A stretch of DNA of 64,000 bases from assembly GCA_038222225.1 (NCBI GenBank), contig JBBRHV010000004.1, positions 6,778 through 70,777 of the forward strand, written 5' to 3'. A program made the translations under genes and the position numbers. Positions 10,694 through 20,146 of the stretch are shown here, in pieces (the stretch's first letter is position 1; each line of letters begins with the position of its first letter). The notes under the pieces were generated by a model that saw only the letters and a program-made list of their open reading frames with translations, ran no database searches and had not been told where the DNA came from. The DNA is from Candidatus Omnitrophota bacterium. Lineage in GTDB: Bacteria; Omnitrophota; Gorgyraeia; Zapsychrales; JANLHA01.

Positions 10694-12668
10694 CCAAAAC
10701 CCCCTTCAATTCTTTGATACGATCCCGCAAGACCGCCGCCTTTTCAAAGTCCAGATTGCGTGCGGCTAGTTCCATTTCACGCTCGAGTGAAGCAATATGT
10801 TTCAAAAATTCATAACCCTCTTCATCCTGCCCAACCACATTCCGTAAAAATTTTTCCGTCGATTCTTCATCTTGAAATTCTTCAATGCCCTGATGAATGG
10901 CCTTTTCAATCGTGCGCGGAGTGATCCCGTGCTTTTTGTTGAACTCCAGCTGAATATGTCGCCGGCGTTCACACTCATACATCGCCTCCCGCATGGCCGG
11001 ACTCACAGAATCCGCATACATGATCACGACTCCGTTGACGTTACGGGCGGCCCGCCCTCCGACCTGGATCAATGATGTCTTTGATCTCAAAAACCCCTGC
11101 TTATCCGCATCAAAAATAGCGACCAAAGTGACTTCCGGAAGGTCCAACCCTTCACGCAGCAGATTCACCCCGACAAGGACATCAAACAGTTTTAAACGCA
11201 AACCCTGCAGGATCTTTGTGCGGTCAATGGTCTTAATATCTGAATGAAGATATTTGACCCGCAGTCCCTTATCCTCCAAAAATTGCGTCAGGTCTTCAGA
11301 CATGCGCTTTGTTAACGTCGTCACCAGCACCCGCTCATTACGCGCGGCACGCTCCCGGCACTCGTTGATCAGATCATCCACCTGCCCTTTGGTCGGCCGG
11401 ACTTCAATCGGCGGATCCACAATCCCCGTCGGACGAATGATCTGTTCTGAGATATGCTCACCACTCTTTCGCAATTCATACTCCCCGGGGGTCGCTGAAA
11501 CAAAAACACATTGTTTCATCATCTGCTCAAATTCAGGAAACCTCAACGGTCGGTTGTCCAAACAGGATGGCAAACGAAACCCATGTTCAACCAGCGTCTC
11601 TTTTCTCGAACGGTCCCCCTCATACATGCCCCGGATCTGCGGAACAGTGACGTGCGCCTCATCAATCAGCACCAAAAAATCCTGCGGAAAATAATCTAAC
11701 AAACAGAACGGCTTTGCTCCCGGAGGGCGGCCGGACAATGAACGGGAATAATTCTCGATCCCATGGCAGTAGCCCATTTCTTTGAGCATCTCGACATCAA
11801 AGCACGTGCGCGATTTCAGCCGCTGGGCCTCCAAAAGCTTTCCCTGCGCATTCAATTCTTTCAGGCGCACCTGCAGCTCAGCCTCGATCTCAACTAGGGC
11901 CTGCTCAATGCGCGGCTCCGTGGTTATAAAATGCTTGGCCGGATAGACGGCCGTCTTCTCAAAGGTGGCGATCACATCACCGGAAACCGGATCGATTTGA
12001 CTTAAGGCGTCAATTTCATCCCCAAAAAATTCAATACGCAACGCATCCCGACGATACGACGGAAACACCTCAACCACATCCCCGCGCACGCGGATCTTTC
12101 CGCGGGTGAACTCATAGTCATTGCGTTCATACTGGATGCTGATCAATGAACGGATCAGCTGATCCCGGTCCAAGGTTTGACCCCGTTGCATGATGACCAA
12201 ACATGATTCATAGTCTTCCGGCGAACCCAAATTATAAATACATGAAACGCTCGCCACGATCAAAACATCACGCCGGGACATCAACGAGGTGGTGGCGGCC
12301 AGCCGAAGGCGGTCCAGCCGGTCATTGATCGAAGCATCCTTTTCAATATACATATCGGCCTGAGGAATATAGGCCTCCGGCTGATAATAGTCATAATAGG
12401 AAACAAAATACTCGACGGCATTATGCGGAAAAAAATGTTTAAACTCTCCGTACAGCTGCGCTGCCAGCGTCTTATTGTGGGATATGATCAAGGTCGGGCG
12501 GTTCACGCGAGCGATCAAATTCGCCAGGGTAAACGTCTTTCCGCTTCCGGTCACGCCTAAAAGCGTTTGGGCAGAGACGCCGGACTGAATCCCTTCAGCC
12601 AATTCATCGATGGATCTGGACTGATCAATGACTGGCTGAAATGGGCTGATAAGCTCAAAACGATCCAT
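10677..12668 (-). CDS. uvrB: Excinuclease ABC subunit B
   Basis: Motifs [25 protein letters not shown] and NLLREGLD, and a C-terminal UVR coil. Confidence 0.99.
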   Translation of the reverse strand: MDRFELISPFQPVIDQSRSIDELAEGIQSGVSAQTLLGVTGSGKTFTLANLIARVNRPTLIISHNKTLAAQLYGEFKHFFPHNAVEYFVSYYDYYQPEAYIPQADMYIEKDASINDRLDRLRLAATTSLMSRRDVLIVASVSCIYNLGSPEDYESCLVIMQRGQTLDRDQLIRSLISIQYERNDYEFTRGKIRVRGDVVEVFPSYRRDALRIEFFGDEIDALSQIDPVSGDVIATFEKTAVYPAKHFITTEPRIEQALVEIEAELQVRLKELNAQGKLLEAQRLKSRTCFDVEMLKEMGYCHGIENYSRSLSGRPPGAKPFCLLDYFPQDFLVLIDEAHVTVPQIRGMYEGDRSRKETLVEHGFRLPSCLDNRPLRFPEFEQMMKQCVFVSATPGEYELRKSGEHISEQIIRPTGIVDPPIEVRPTKGQVDDLINECRERAARNERVLVTTLTKRMSEDLTQFLEDKGLRVKYLHSDIKTIDRTKILQGLRLKLFDVLVGVNLLREGLDLPEVTLVAIFDADKQGFLRSKTSLIQVGGRAARNVNGVVIMYADSVSPAMREAMYECERRRHIQLEFNKKHGITPRTIEKAIHQGIEEFQDEESTEKFLRNVVGQDEEGYEFLKHIASLEREMELAARNLDFEKAAVLRDRIKELKGVLDATGH

Positions 12669-12716
12669 AAACAAAATCCCAACGTTTGCTTAATCCGTAA
12701 TCAAGCGTAAACCACT

Positions 12717-13163
12717 CTAAAAATGACGATCCACAAGCTCAAAAAATCTTTTCGCTAGATTTTCATTGCCATAGGTGGACGGCTTCCAAATCAGGAACGT
12801 ACTGGTGACCATGTAACGCATCTCAACTTCCGAAACTTCCCCATTCGAGCGAACATACACATTGATACGCGCATAACGCGTCCCAACAAAAAACGAGGTC
12901 TGACGGATCTTTGTGATCATCAAAAGTTCCTCCTTAACCCCCCGCTGAGACGAAATTTCATAGACCTCAGGCGAAGCCTCCTCTTCAATCTCCCATCCTA
13001 AATCTGAAAACGCGAGCCGGACGGCCTGAGACGTTCTCGCAAAATCCGCATAAAACTGCTTCGTGGAAGCCCTCTTATTCTGAAGATATCCGGGGACCTG
13101 AATGGTCGTGCACCCCGCAAAAAAGCCAACGAACATCAACAACAAAACAGTCCATCGTCGCAT
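12717..13163 (-). CDS. Putative lipoprotein, hypothetical
   Basis: Signal peptide with lipobox FAGC; tightly packed in the operon. Confidence 0.7.
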   Translation of the reverse strand: MRRWTVLLLMFVGFFAGCTTIQVPGYLQNKRASTKQFYADFARTSQAVRLAFSDLGWEIEEEASPEVYEISSQRGVKEELLMITKIRQTSFFVGTRYARINVYVRSNGEVSEVEMRYMVTSTFLIWKPSTYGNENLAKRFFELVDRHF

Positions 13164-13167
13164 AGGT

Positions 13168-13830
13168 CTACTCCTTTTTTCCTAACAACATTTTTATGTC
13201 TGCCGGCAGTTCAGCCTCTATGGAAATCGTTTTTCCTGTCGCCGGGTTTGGCCATGCCATGCGTTGGCAATGCAGCGCCAAACGTTTAAATTTGATATCG
13301 AAATCTTTCCTGAACGCATAAATGCGCTCACCAAGGATCGGATACCCCATACCGGCAAAATGAATCCTGATCTGATGCGTCCTCCCGGTTTCCGGCACAA
13401 CCTCCAGCATCGTAAACCCCGAATAATATTTCAAGACACGATAATGCGTTACCGCCATCTTACCTAAACTTCTTGCGGCATATTGACGTTGATATGCGTC
13501 CTGAATCCGTGAACGGACCGTCCCCGCCCGTTGCTCCACCCGTCCTTTAACAACCGCAATGTAGGTCTTTGAAACTTTTCCCTCATGGAATAACGCCATC
13601 ATCTGTTTTTGATTCTGTTTTCCCCAGCCATAAATAATGACTCCGGACGTTTCTTTATCCAAACGGTGGCAGGGGTGTAGTCTGACAGAGCCGGAACACG
13701 CGTTCTGTTCGTTTACAATATCGGTAAATGTTTTCTGTGTTTGATGCGGAGCAGGCGTGACAATGGATCCGGAAGGCTTATCAAAAACCGCGCAATAATC
13801 ATCCTGATATAGAACCGTAATCTGTCGCAT
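13168..13830 (-). CDS. RluA-family pseudouridine synthase
   Basis: Motifs DKPSG, HRLDKETSG, TGRTHQIRIH and LALH. Confidence 0.95.
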   Translation of the reverse strand: MRQITVLYQDDYCAVFDKPSGSIVTPAPHQTQKTFTDIVNEQNACSGSVRLHPCHRLDKETSGVIIYGWGKQNQKQMMALFHEGKVSKTYIAVVKGRVEQRAGTVRSRIQDAYQRQYAARSLGKMAVTHYRVLKYYSGFTMLEVVPETGRTHQIRIHFAGMGYPILGERIYAFRKDFDIKFKRLALHCQRMAWPNPATGKTISIEAELPADIKMLLGKKE

Positions 13831-13868
13831 GGTAAATCCAACAGCTGATTGATAGGAGAACCAGACAC

Positions 13869-14039
13869 CTACTCCTCAGGAGACCCTTCTTCTTCATCCT
13901 GATAAATCTGCATCTCCAAAAGACTACTGATATGATTTAATTTTCGCAAAATAAGCAATGGAAAAAACACAACCAGCCATAACTGAATCGCAACGAACAA
14001 CATTTGCTGTGCCGGCGTCAATGCTAAAACATTTTCCAT
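13869..14039 (-). CDS. Small single-TM hypothetical protein
   Basis: GAGG SD before ATG 14039, one hydrophobic helix and an acidic tail; fills the operon gap. Confidence 0.6.
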   Translation of the reverse strand: MENVLALTPAQQMLFVAIQLWLVVFFPLLILRKLNHISSLLEMQIYQDEEEGSPEE

Positions 14040-14051
14040 ATAAAACCTCAA

Positions 14052-14447
14052 TTATTCTTTTTCTTTTTGATCCTTGGTCATCCCGAACTGAATAAAATCC
14101 GAGATGGCATTGGCATCTTTATCGCTGATATCATTAAAGAAAATAGCGACATAATAGCCCTTTTCGTTGTCGCTGGCTGGCTCAGTACGCACAACGACGC
14201 CATCACAGGCCACCTTCTTTGTTTGAAGCCGTTTTCCCTTACGAACCGATAAAAGCAATTGAACCTTGAGCTTTGTCATCGGTTCAATATACTCCTCAAC
14301 CCGACAAAAAGCCCCGGCACGGCTGACATTCTGAGTCTCTGTCACCGTGTCGAACTCTTCCCCGCAAATCTTCACCGGAATATTTTCGCTTAACCGTGGA
14401 AATTTACGTCGGTCTTCAGGATTCCCTTTGGATTGAATCATAACCAC
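14052..14447 (-). CDS. PilZ-domain protein
   Basis: RxxxR (DRRKFPR) and (D/N)xSxxG (NVSRAG) c-di-GMP-binding motifs. Confidence 0.88.
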   Translation of the reverse strand: MVMIQSKGNPEDRRKFPRLSENIPVKICGEEFDTVTETQNVSRAGAFCRVEEYIEPMTKLKVQLLLSVRKGKRLQTKKVACDGVVVRTEPASDNEKGYYVAIFFNDISDKDANAISDFIQFGMTKDQKEKE

Positions 14448-14490
14448 ACCGCCTCGCTATAAGGTCGTCTGTTGATTGATCTTCAGATCG

Positions 14491-14658
14491 CTATGATGAC
14501 TGCCCTTCAGCAGCACTGGCTTTTAATTCAGCAACTTTCTTACGCCAACAATTTTGATTGCAATAATACCGACCGTTTCGATAAAACCGTTTAGCAGGGT
14601 TCACGCTTTTATTGCAAGACCCACATTTTTTCATTTCTTCACTCTGTTCAGCAGCCAT
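14491..14658 (-). CDS. Small Cys4 zinc-finger-like protein (TRASH/MYM-like)
   Basis: 55 aa with CGSC...YYCNQNC, and an SD upstream. Confidence 0.6.
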   Translation of the reverse strand: MAAEQSEEMKKCGSCNKSVNPAKRFYRNGRYYCNQNCWRKKVAELKASAAEGQSS

Positions 14659-14696
14659 ACCTCTTGAAACTCCTTTCAAATTTACTTCACCATCTA

Positions 14697-15029
14697 TTAT
14701 CCATGTTCATTCACAAACTCACGAATCTCAGCCCGGGAATAGAAATTTTGCTCTCCGTCATCAAACTCCAATCCAGCCTGATAACTGTCGCAATGAGGAA
14801 CCTTCTGAACCCAAGCGACTCTTCCGTTTATGGTCAAAATCCGATTGTCTTTACAGCGAAACGAAACAGCGACCTGACTATTCTTCGGTAAAAACTCTTC
14901 GGTCCGCAAACGAATTCCGCCAGCACTTAAATCAAACGCCACGCTTGCCCCCACCAACTCCCCTTTACAAGTGGAAAGCTGATAAGGCTCGCGGAATACA
15001 ACTCGTTTAAAGTGCCTTTGTTCCTCCAC
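14697..15029 (-). CDS. PilZ-domain protein
   Basis: RxxxR (QRHFKR), DxSxxG (DLSAGG), GRVAWV and AGLEF. Confidence 0.88.
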   Translation of the reverse strand: MEEQRHFKRVVFREPYQLSTCKGELVGASVAFDLSAGGIRLRTEEFLPKNSQVAVSFRCKDNRILTINGRVAWVQKVPHCDSYQAGLEFDDGEQNFYSRAEIREFVNEHG

Positions 15030-15071
15030 TTTTCCTCTCCAAAACTTATGTGGTGTGAATCATTAGGGTGA

Positions 15072-15161
15072 ATTATAGCACATTCTCAAAGCTTCACAAT
15101 GTTTTTTTAGACAGAGGATTCGTCTTTTTTGCTTTATCCGAAAGCCACAAAATGTTATAAT
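15072..15161. promoter_or_regulatory. Divergent extended -10 promoters (PilZ operon / exeA-like operon)
   Basis: Minus strand TGCTATAAT (15080-15072); plus strand TGTTATAAT (15153-15161). Confidence 0.6.
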
Positions 15162-15167
15162 TCAACC

Positions 15168-15986
15168 ATGTATAATAATTTTTATGGCTTTAAAGAAAGC
15201 CCCTTCAATGTTACGTCCGACCCGGAATTTTTTTTTCCAAGCGCAAACCATGAAGAGGCGTTCTCTCATTTGATCTTTGGGATTAACCAACGCAAAGGGA
15301 TCCTGGCGATAACCGGAGAGATCGGAACAGGCAAAACCACCCTCTGCCGAACACTCTTGAACAGGCTGGATAATAACATTAAGTCCGCCCTGATCCTCAA
15401 CCCCTATTTTTCTGAAATACAGCTTCTTCAGTTGATCATCAAAGATCTGGGCATTGAAGGCCATTTCCGCAACAAACTCCAGCTTATTGAAGCATTAAAT
15501 CACTACCTGATCGAAGAGTCCTTGGAAGGCAATAATGTCGTGGTCATCATTGACGAAGCCCAAAATCTAAAAGTCCGGCAGCTGGAACAAATCCGTTTAT
15601 TGTCAAACCTGGAAACAGAAAAGACCAAACTTCTTCAGATTGTCCTGGTTGGCCAGCCGGAGCTGCTTGACAAACTCAAACTGGACTCCTTACGTCAGCT
15701 TAATCAGCGGATTTCCGTCCGTTACCACATCCTTCCGCTCAAAAAGGAAGAACTGGAAAAATATATCAATCACCGCCTCCATATTGCCAAAGAAAACCAC
15801 AACGGACATCCCAGTGTTGAATTTACAAATGACGCATTCGAGGCCATTTTTCATTTTTCACACGGCACACCGCGTTTAATCAACATTTTATGCGACCGGG
15901 CGCTTTTAAACGGATTCGTACGTGAAACCCGAATCATTGATCAACCGATGGTCTGCAAATGCGCGAAAGAGACCATCAGCACTTAA
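15168..15986 (+). CDS. ExeA/GspA-family AAA ATPase (no C-terminal PG-binding domain)
   Basis: Motifs MYNNFYGFKESPF, GEIGTGKTT, IIDEAQNL, LVGQPEL and GTPRLINILCDRALL. Confidence 0.9.
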   Translation: MYNNFYGFKESPFNVTSDPEFFFPSANHEEAFSHLIFGINQRKGILAITGEIGTGKTTLCRTLLNRLDNNIKSALILNPYFSEIQLLQLIIKDLGIEGHFRNKLQLIEALNHYLIEESLEGNNVVVIIDEAQNLKVRQLEQIRLLSNLETEKTKLLQIVLVGQPELLDKLKLDSLRQLNQRISVRYHILPLKKEELEKYINHRLHIAKENHNGHPSVEFTNDAFEAIFHFSHGTPRLINILCDRALLNGFVRETRIIDQPMVCKCAKETIST

Positions 15987-16002
15987 ATTCAGGAGCTTAC
16001 GG

Positions 16003-16545
16003 ATGAGTACTATCCATGATGCATTAAAAAAAGTTCAGGATAAAAACCCTGAACTTCAACCCACAAAACCAAAACTTAACCCGGTGACCGGTCAGCCGAT
16101 ATCCCTGAATCCCTCAATACAACCACCCGGGACTCCGCGCGCCAAAGACCCAAAAGGCCCAAAGATGTTCCTGAAAATTTTAGGTCAAATTTCATTTCTT
16201 CTGATCTTAATTGCATCCTGCCTGATAGCGGCAAAACACTACGGTTTCTTAGACCGAATTCAACTGCCAGAATGGAAAATCTCCCTCCCGTCAATCAAAA
16301 GCAAACCAAACAATCCGTATACTATAAAAACCGTCAAAGATAAACAGCAGCCTCCGCCACAAAGCCTTTCTGACCTCCACATCAGCGGAATCATGTCTTT
16401 GAACGGAAAAACCATCGTTCTGATCAACGGCGCAATTTATGAAAAAGGGGGTAAAATCCTAAACGCGGAGATTCTTTCGATTTCGACAGATCAAATTACA
16501 GTGTCTGAAAATGGGATGAAACGGATTCTTCGCATAAAAAAATAA
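16003..16545 (+). CDS. GspB/ExeB-like single-TM protein
   Basis: MSTIHDALKK start, Pro-rich linker, one TM and a C-terminal ISGI...LING...G domain. Follows the exeA-like gene with an AGGAG SD. Confidence 0.7.
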   Translation: MSTIHDALKKVQDKNPELQPTKPKLNPVTGQPISLNPSIQPPGTPRAKDPKGPKMFLKILGQISFLLILIASCLIAAKHYGFLDRIQLPEWKISLPSIKSKPNNPYTIKTVKDKQQPPPQSLSDLHISGIMSLNGKTIVLINGAIYEKGGKILNAEILSISTDQITVSENGMKRILRIKK

Positions 16546-16610
16546 AGGCTGCCAAAACTTCACGCAACGGCTGCATTTAAAAAAATTCCACCGAAGGCGG
16601 CCTTAAAAAA

Positions 16611-17717
16611 CTACTCCTTATCGCTGCCGGAATATTTTTCAATGGCAGACTGAATCATCTGCGGATCAATTCCCTCTTTTACCTTCACGCTGCCAAGACC
16701 TGTCATTAAAACAAACCGGTTTTTACCTGACTTAAACTTTTTATCATGACGCATACGATTTAAGATATCCGCTAATCTTGGCCCTTCAATCAGCTCAGGA
16801 AGCCCGATACGGGTCAAAACATGATTGAGACGCTCAGCATCTTCCTCATTGGCCAATTTCATCTGCAAAGAGATCTCTGCCGCGATCCTCATCCCTAGAG
16901 CAATCGCCTCTCCGTGATGATACTCTTGATAATCACAGGCTGCCTCGATAGCATGACCAATGGTATGCCCAAAATTCAGAATCGTTCTTATTCCTTTTTC
17001 TTCCCGCTCATCACGGCCGACAATATTGGCCTTAATACGGCTGCACTGATAAACCACCTCGGTCAAAACCTTGGCATTACACCCGAGGAGAGCGTCCACA
17101 TTGGCCTCAATAAAAACAAACACATTTTTATCGCAAATCACCCCATATTTCACGGCCTCCGCCAGGCCATTGCGGATCTGCCGTTTATCCAGCGTAAACA
17201 ATGTCGTAATATCGCTATAAACAACCCGCGGATGATAGAACGCTCCGACCAAATTTTTACCAAACGGCAGATCGATCGCCACCTTCCCTCCAATAGCAGA
17301 ATCAATTTGCGCTAAAAACGTTGTCGGAACTTGAACATAGGGAACCCCTCTACGGTAGGCGGCCGCCACATACCCGGCCAAATCTCCCACAACCCCGCCT
17401 CCAAAAGCAACAATAAACACATCTTCTCCGGCATGGCGATCGGCAATGCGCGCAATCAAATCAAAAGCAGCGACCGCGGATTTGCTTTGCTCCCCGCTGG
17501 GGACCTCCAAAAAATCAATCTGAAAACCGCTCTCTCGAAGACTTGTGGCAAGAAGCTTCCCGTGGTGCTGGCGGACAATCGGATTGGTCACAATGACCGC
17601 ATGCGTGCCGATCTTCATTTTCTGCAGCACTCCCCCAATATCTTTCAGGTGTCCACTGCCGATTTCAATAGGATAAAAAATCGATTCTTGCTTAACCTCA
17701 ACACGGACAGGAATCAT
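16611..17717 (-). CDS. aroB: 3-dehydroquinate synthase
   Basis: Motifs GGGVVGDLAG, PTTFLAQIDSAIGGK, LNFGHTIGHAIE and HGEA. Confidence 0.97.
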   Translation of the reverse strand: MIPVRVEVKQESIFYPIEIGSGHLKDIGGVLQKMKIGTHAVIVTNPIVRQHHGKLLATSLRESGFQIDFLEVPSGEQSKSAVAAFDLIARIADRHAGEDVFIVAFGGGVVGDLAGYVAAAYRRGVPYVQVPTTFLAQIDSAIGGKVAIDLPFGKNLVGAFYHPRVVYSDITTLFTLDKRQIRNGLAEAVKYGVICDKNVFVFIEANVDALLGCNAKVLTEVVYQCSRIKANIVGRDEREEKGIRTILNFGHTIGHAIEAACDYQEYHHGEAIALGMRIAAEISLQMKLANEEDAERLNHVLTRIGLPELIEGPRLADILNRMRHDKKFKSGKNRFVLMTGLGSVKVKEGIDPQMIQSAIEKYSGSDKE

Positions 17718-17732
17718 GCCCAAAGCCTTTCG

Positions 17733-18350
17733 TTATAAAAGATTTATTCCCATCAGCCGAGCAATCCGTACGGCAATGGCAACAATGATTTCAAACAAAC
17801 CAAAATTCAAAAGAAGCAATACAATAATAATACCAAACCGCTCCCATTTTGCATACTGATAAGCAAAATGATTCGGAAGCATTCCCATTAAAATCTTCGA
17901 CCCATCTAACGGCGGAATAGGCAGCGTGTTGAACAACGCCAAAACCAGATTGATCCCAACCGCATAACAAAAAAACTCCTCGACACGGGCCGGAAAAACC
18001 GCAGTATGAACCAACCCGGCAGCCAATACCGCCAAAAGAAAATTTGTCCCGGGGCCGGCCGCTGTGACAAGAACCATATCCCGCTTAGGGCGCCGGAGGT
18101 TGTGAAAATTCACCGGCACGGGCTTCGCCCATCCAATTGGAAAAAGATTCAATAAACGAAGCGCAAACGGAACTAAAATCGTGCCGATCAAATCAATGTG
18201 TTTCAACGGATTCAACGTCAACCGGCCCGAGCGTTTCGCTGTTTCATCTCCCAGCCAAAAGGCAACTAACCCATGAGCCACCTCATGACACACAATCGCC
18301 ATGATGACAATTCCGAATAAAAGCGCATGATCCAGCATAAACGTCCTCAC
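17733..18350 (-). CDS. Site-2 protease family (M50) membrane metalloprotease
   Basis: Motifs HEVAH, GWAKPVPV, AAGP and FNTLPIPPLDG. Confidence 0.93.
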   Translation of the reverse strand: MRTFMLDHALLFGIVIMAIVCHEVAHGLVAFWLGDETAKRSGRLTLNPLKHIDLIGTILVPFALRLLNLFPIGWAKPVPVNFHNLRRPKRDMVLVTAAGPGTNFLLAVLAAGLVHTAVFPARVEEFFCYAVGINLVLALFNTLPIPPLDGSKILMGMLPNHFAYQYAKWERFGIIIVLLLLNFGLFEIIVAIAVRIARLMGINLL

Positions 18351-18383
18351 CCTTAATAGAGAGCATCGAAAAATATATCTTAA

Positions 18384-19226
18384 TTATAATACGAGTTGAA
18401 CTTGTGTCACCAAAAGAATCGGCTGATCAGCCTGAACTTCTGACTGGGGAATGCCTTGAATCTGAACACGAAGATTTAAAAATCCATCCAAAACACTGCG
18501 GTATCCCTGAAGATAGAAAACCTGTCCTCCGTCGGCTTCCAGTCTATGCCGAACGGTTTCATTGAAGACCGGATCAAGCGCCTTGAGCGTTCCTTTAATA
18601 ACCAGAGCCTCCTGCTTTTTCTTTTCAAACTCCTGCAGCTTTTCCTGGCGCTCTTCAACAACCTCAACGTCTTGTTGCCGTTTCACTTCATAAATATTGC
18701 GGCTCGGCAACTCCACAACTTTTTCAGAAGGAACATTCAAGGAACGAAAATCCAACAGTTCCGCCTTGATCCATCCGGATACGCCGGACATCGGCTCAAT
18801 GCGATACCAGCCCTCGGACTCCCGTCCTAAAATCATAACCATTGCAGGGGAGGAAAGCTGACCTAAAACCGCCGAAGCTGTCTTGGGCTGTGCTCGAACA
18901 TTCACTTTTTTCCCCAAAACCTCACCCACACCATCTCTTAAATATTTTATGAAATCACTATGGACATAACATGACACCGTCTGCGGCAAACGAACTTCAT
19001 ACCAGCTGAAACTGCGGCCGATCACCACAAGTTCATCGCCCTGCTTGACCTGAGCAACAGATTCGAATCCCTTCGCTTGGCCGGCACGGATATTGGCAAG
19101 TTTAACATTGATCACACCAACAAACGGAAATGTTTCCTCGGTAGGAGACTGCGCACTCACACTTCCTGACATGGCTCCCCAAAAAAATACACTGACCATA
19201 CCAATAAGGACGTAGCACTTCATCAT
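18384..19226 (-). CDS. Secreted tandem bacterial SH3-domain protein
   Basis: Signal peptide, two SH3b-like repeats (ANIRAG...WYEV; VNVRAQP...WYRI...GWI), a coiled coil and a small C-terminal beta domain. Confidence 0.85.
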   Translation of the reverse strand: MMKCYVLIGMVSVFFWGAMSGSVSAQSPTEETFPFVGVINVKLANIRAGQAKGFESVAQVKQGDELVVIGRSFSWYEVRLPQTVSCYVHSDFIKYLRDGVGEVLGKKVNVRAQPKTASAVLGQLSSPAMVMILGRESEGWYRIEPMSGVSGWIKAELLDFRSLNVPSEKVVELPSRNIYEVKRQQDVEVVEERQEKLQEFEKKKQEALVIKGTLKALDPVFNETVRHRLEADGGQVFYLQGYRSVLDGFLNLRVQIQGIPQSEVQADQPILLVTQVQLVL

Positions 19227-19241
19227 AATCGGAATACTGTT

Positions 19242-19502
19242 TTATTTTGCCGGTTTAGTTGCTTTAGCCGCTTTAGCATCCTTAGCAGGTGCCGGCGCAG
19301 CTGCAGCACCTTCCGCTTCTTCTTTTGCGGCTTTTCGTTTAGCTTTCACTCTCAGGATCTTAGTCTTTGGTAAAGACAGTACATCCTGATTTTCTTTCCA
19401 GGTTCCCTTTTTCATCAGATCTTTGATGCGCTCAATACGCGTCAAAACCGTTCTTTGTTGAGCACCCGCCGTATCAACTTTGAGTGATGGATGTAATGAC
19501 AT
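19242..19502 (-). CDS. PVC-superphylum small basic protein (TIGR04137-like)
   Basis: MSLHPSLK...RTVLTRIERI...G.W...V.SLPK followed by a K/A-rich tail; AGGAG SD. Confidence 0.85.
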   Translation of the reverse strand: MSLHPSLKVDTAGAQQRTVLTRIERIKDLMKKGTWKENQDVLSLPKTKILRVKAKRKAAKEEAEGAAAAPAPAKDAKAAKATKPAK

Positions 19503-19504
19503 CT

Positions 19505-20146
19505 TTACAAACTCCTTATTAAACAATCCTTATAGATTTTTCTCATATCCTTAAACGTCCGCATGGCCTGAGAGCGCTCATTATATTTACCGACACAAAC
19601 AATATAATAGCTCCCCTTCTTGACCACAAATGCATCAAATCCCTTTTTTACAAGCGTTCCAGCCTCACGGTCTGCCCGTTCCTGCTGTTGAAATGATGCA
19701 ACTTGAATAGTATGTATTGTGTCTAAAGAAGGCGTTTTGTCAACACTTTTCTCCGCATCCGCCCCTTTTTCAGCATTTTTTAGAAAATCATCCTCAGCTG
19801 TCTTTGCTATCACCATCTTTGCGGCACCCACCGGATCAACGGCGGCCGCAGAAATCACCGGCTCCTCAACCTGCTGAACAACAGACGGTTGTGTGCTTTT
19901 TAAAGACACTTCCGGAACGGCAACACTGTCGGCTTGGGAAATCTGCAGGCGCTTGCCCTGTTCAACCCCAAAAGCAAACGCGATAATCAATGCCATCAGA
20001 AAAACAACACACACCACCACCATATTTTCTACGGTCAAAGCCCAGGCCTGAAAGGAAAACTGAGACTTTTCCTTGTGCGGCGATGCCCCGGGAGCCCCTG
20101 GAAAAAGCTCAAACTGTGACTGCCTTCGTAACATCATTTTAATCAC
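19505..20146 (-). CDS. SPOR-domain membrane protein
   Basis: One TM followed by FGVEQGK, and a C-terminal TIQVASF...VCVGKY SPOR domain. Confidence 0.88.
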   Translation of the reverse strand: MIKMMLRRQSQFELFPGAPGASPHKEKSQFSFQAWALTVENMVVVCVVFLMALIIAFAFGVEQGKRLQISQADSVAVPEVSLKSTQPSVVQQVEEPVISAAAVDPVGAAKMVIAKTAEDDFLKNAEKGADAEKSVDKTPSLDTIHTIQVASFQQQERADREAGTLVKKGFDAFVVKKGSYYIVCVGKYNERSQAMRTFKDMRKIYKDCLIRSL

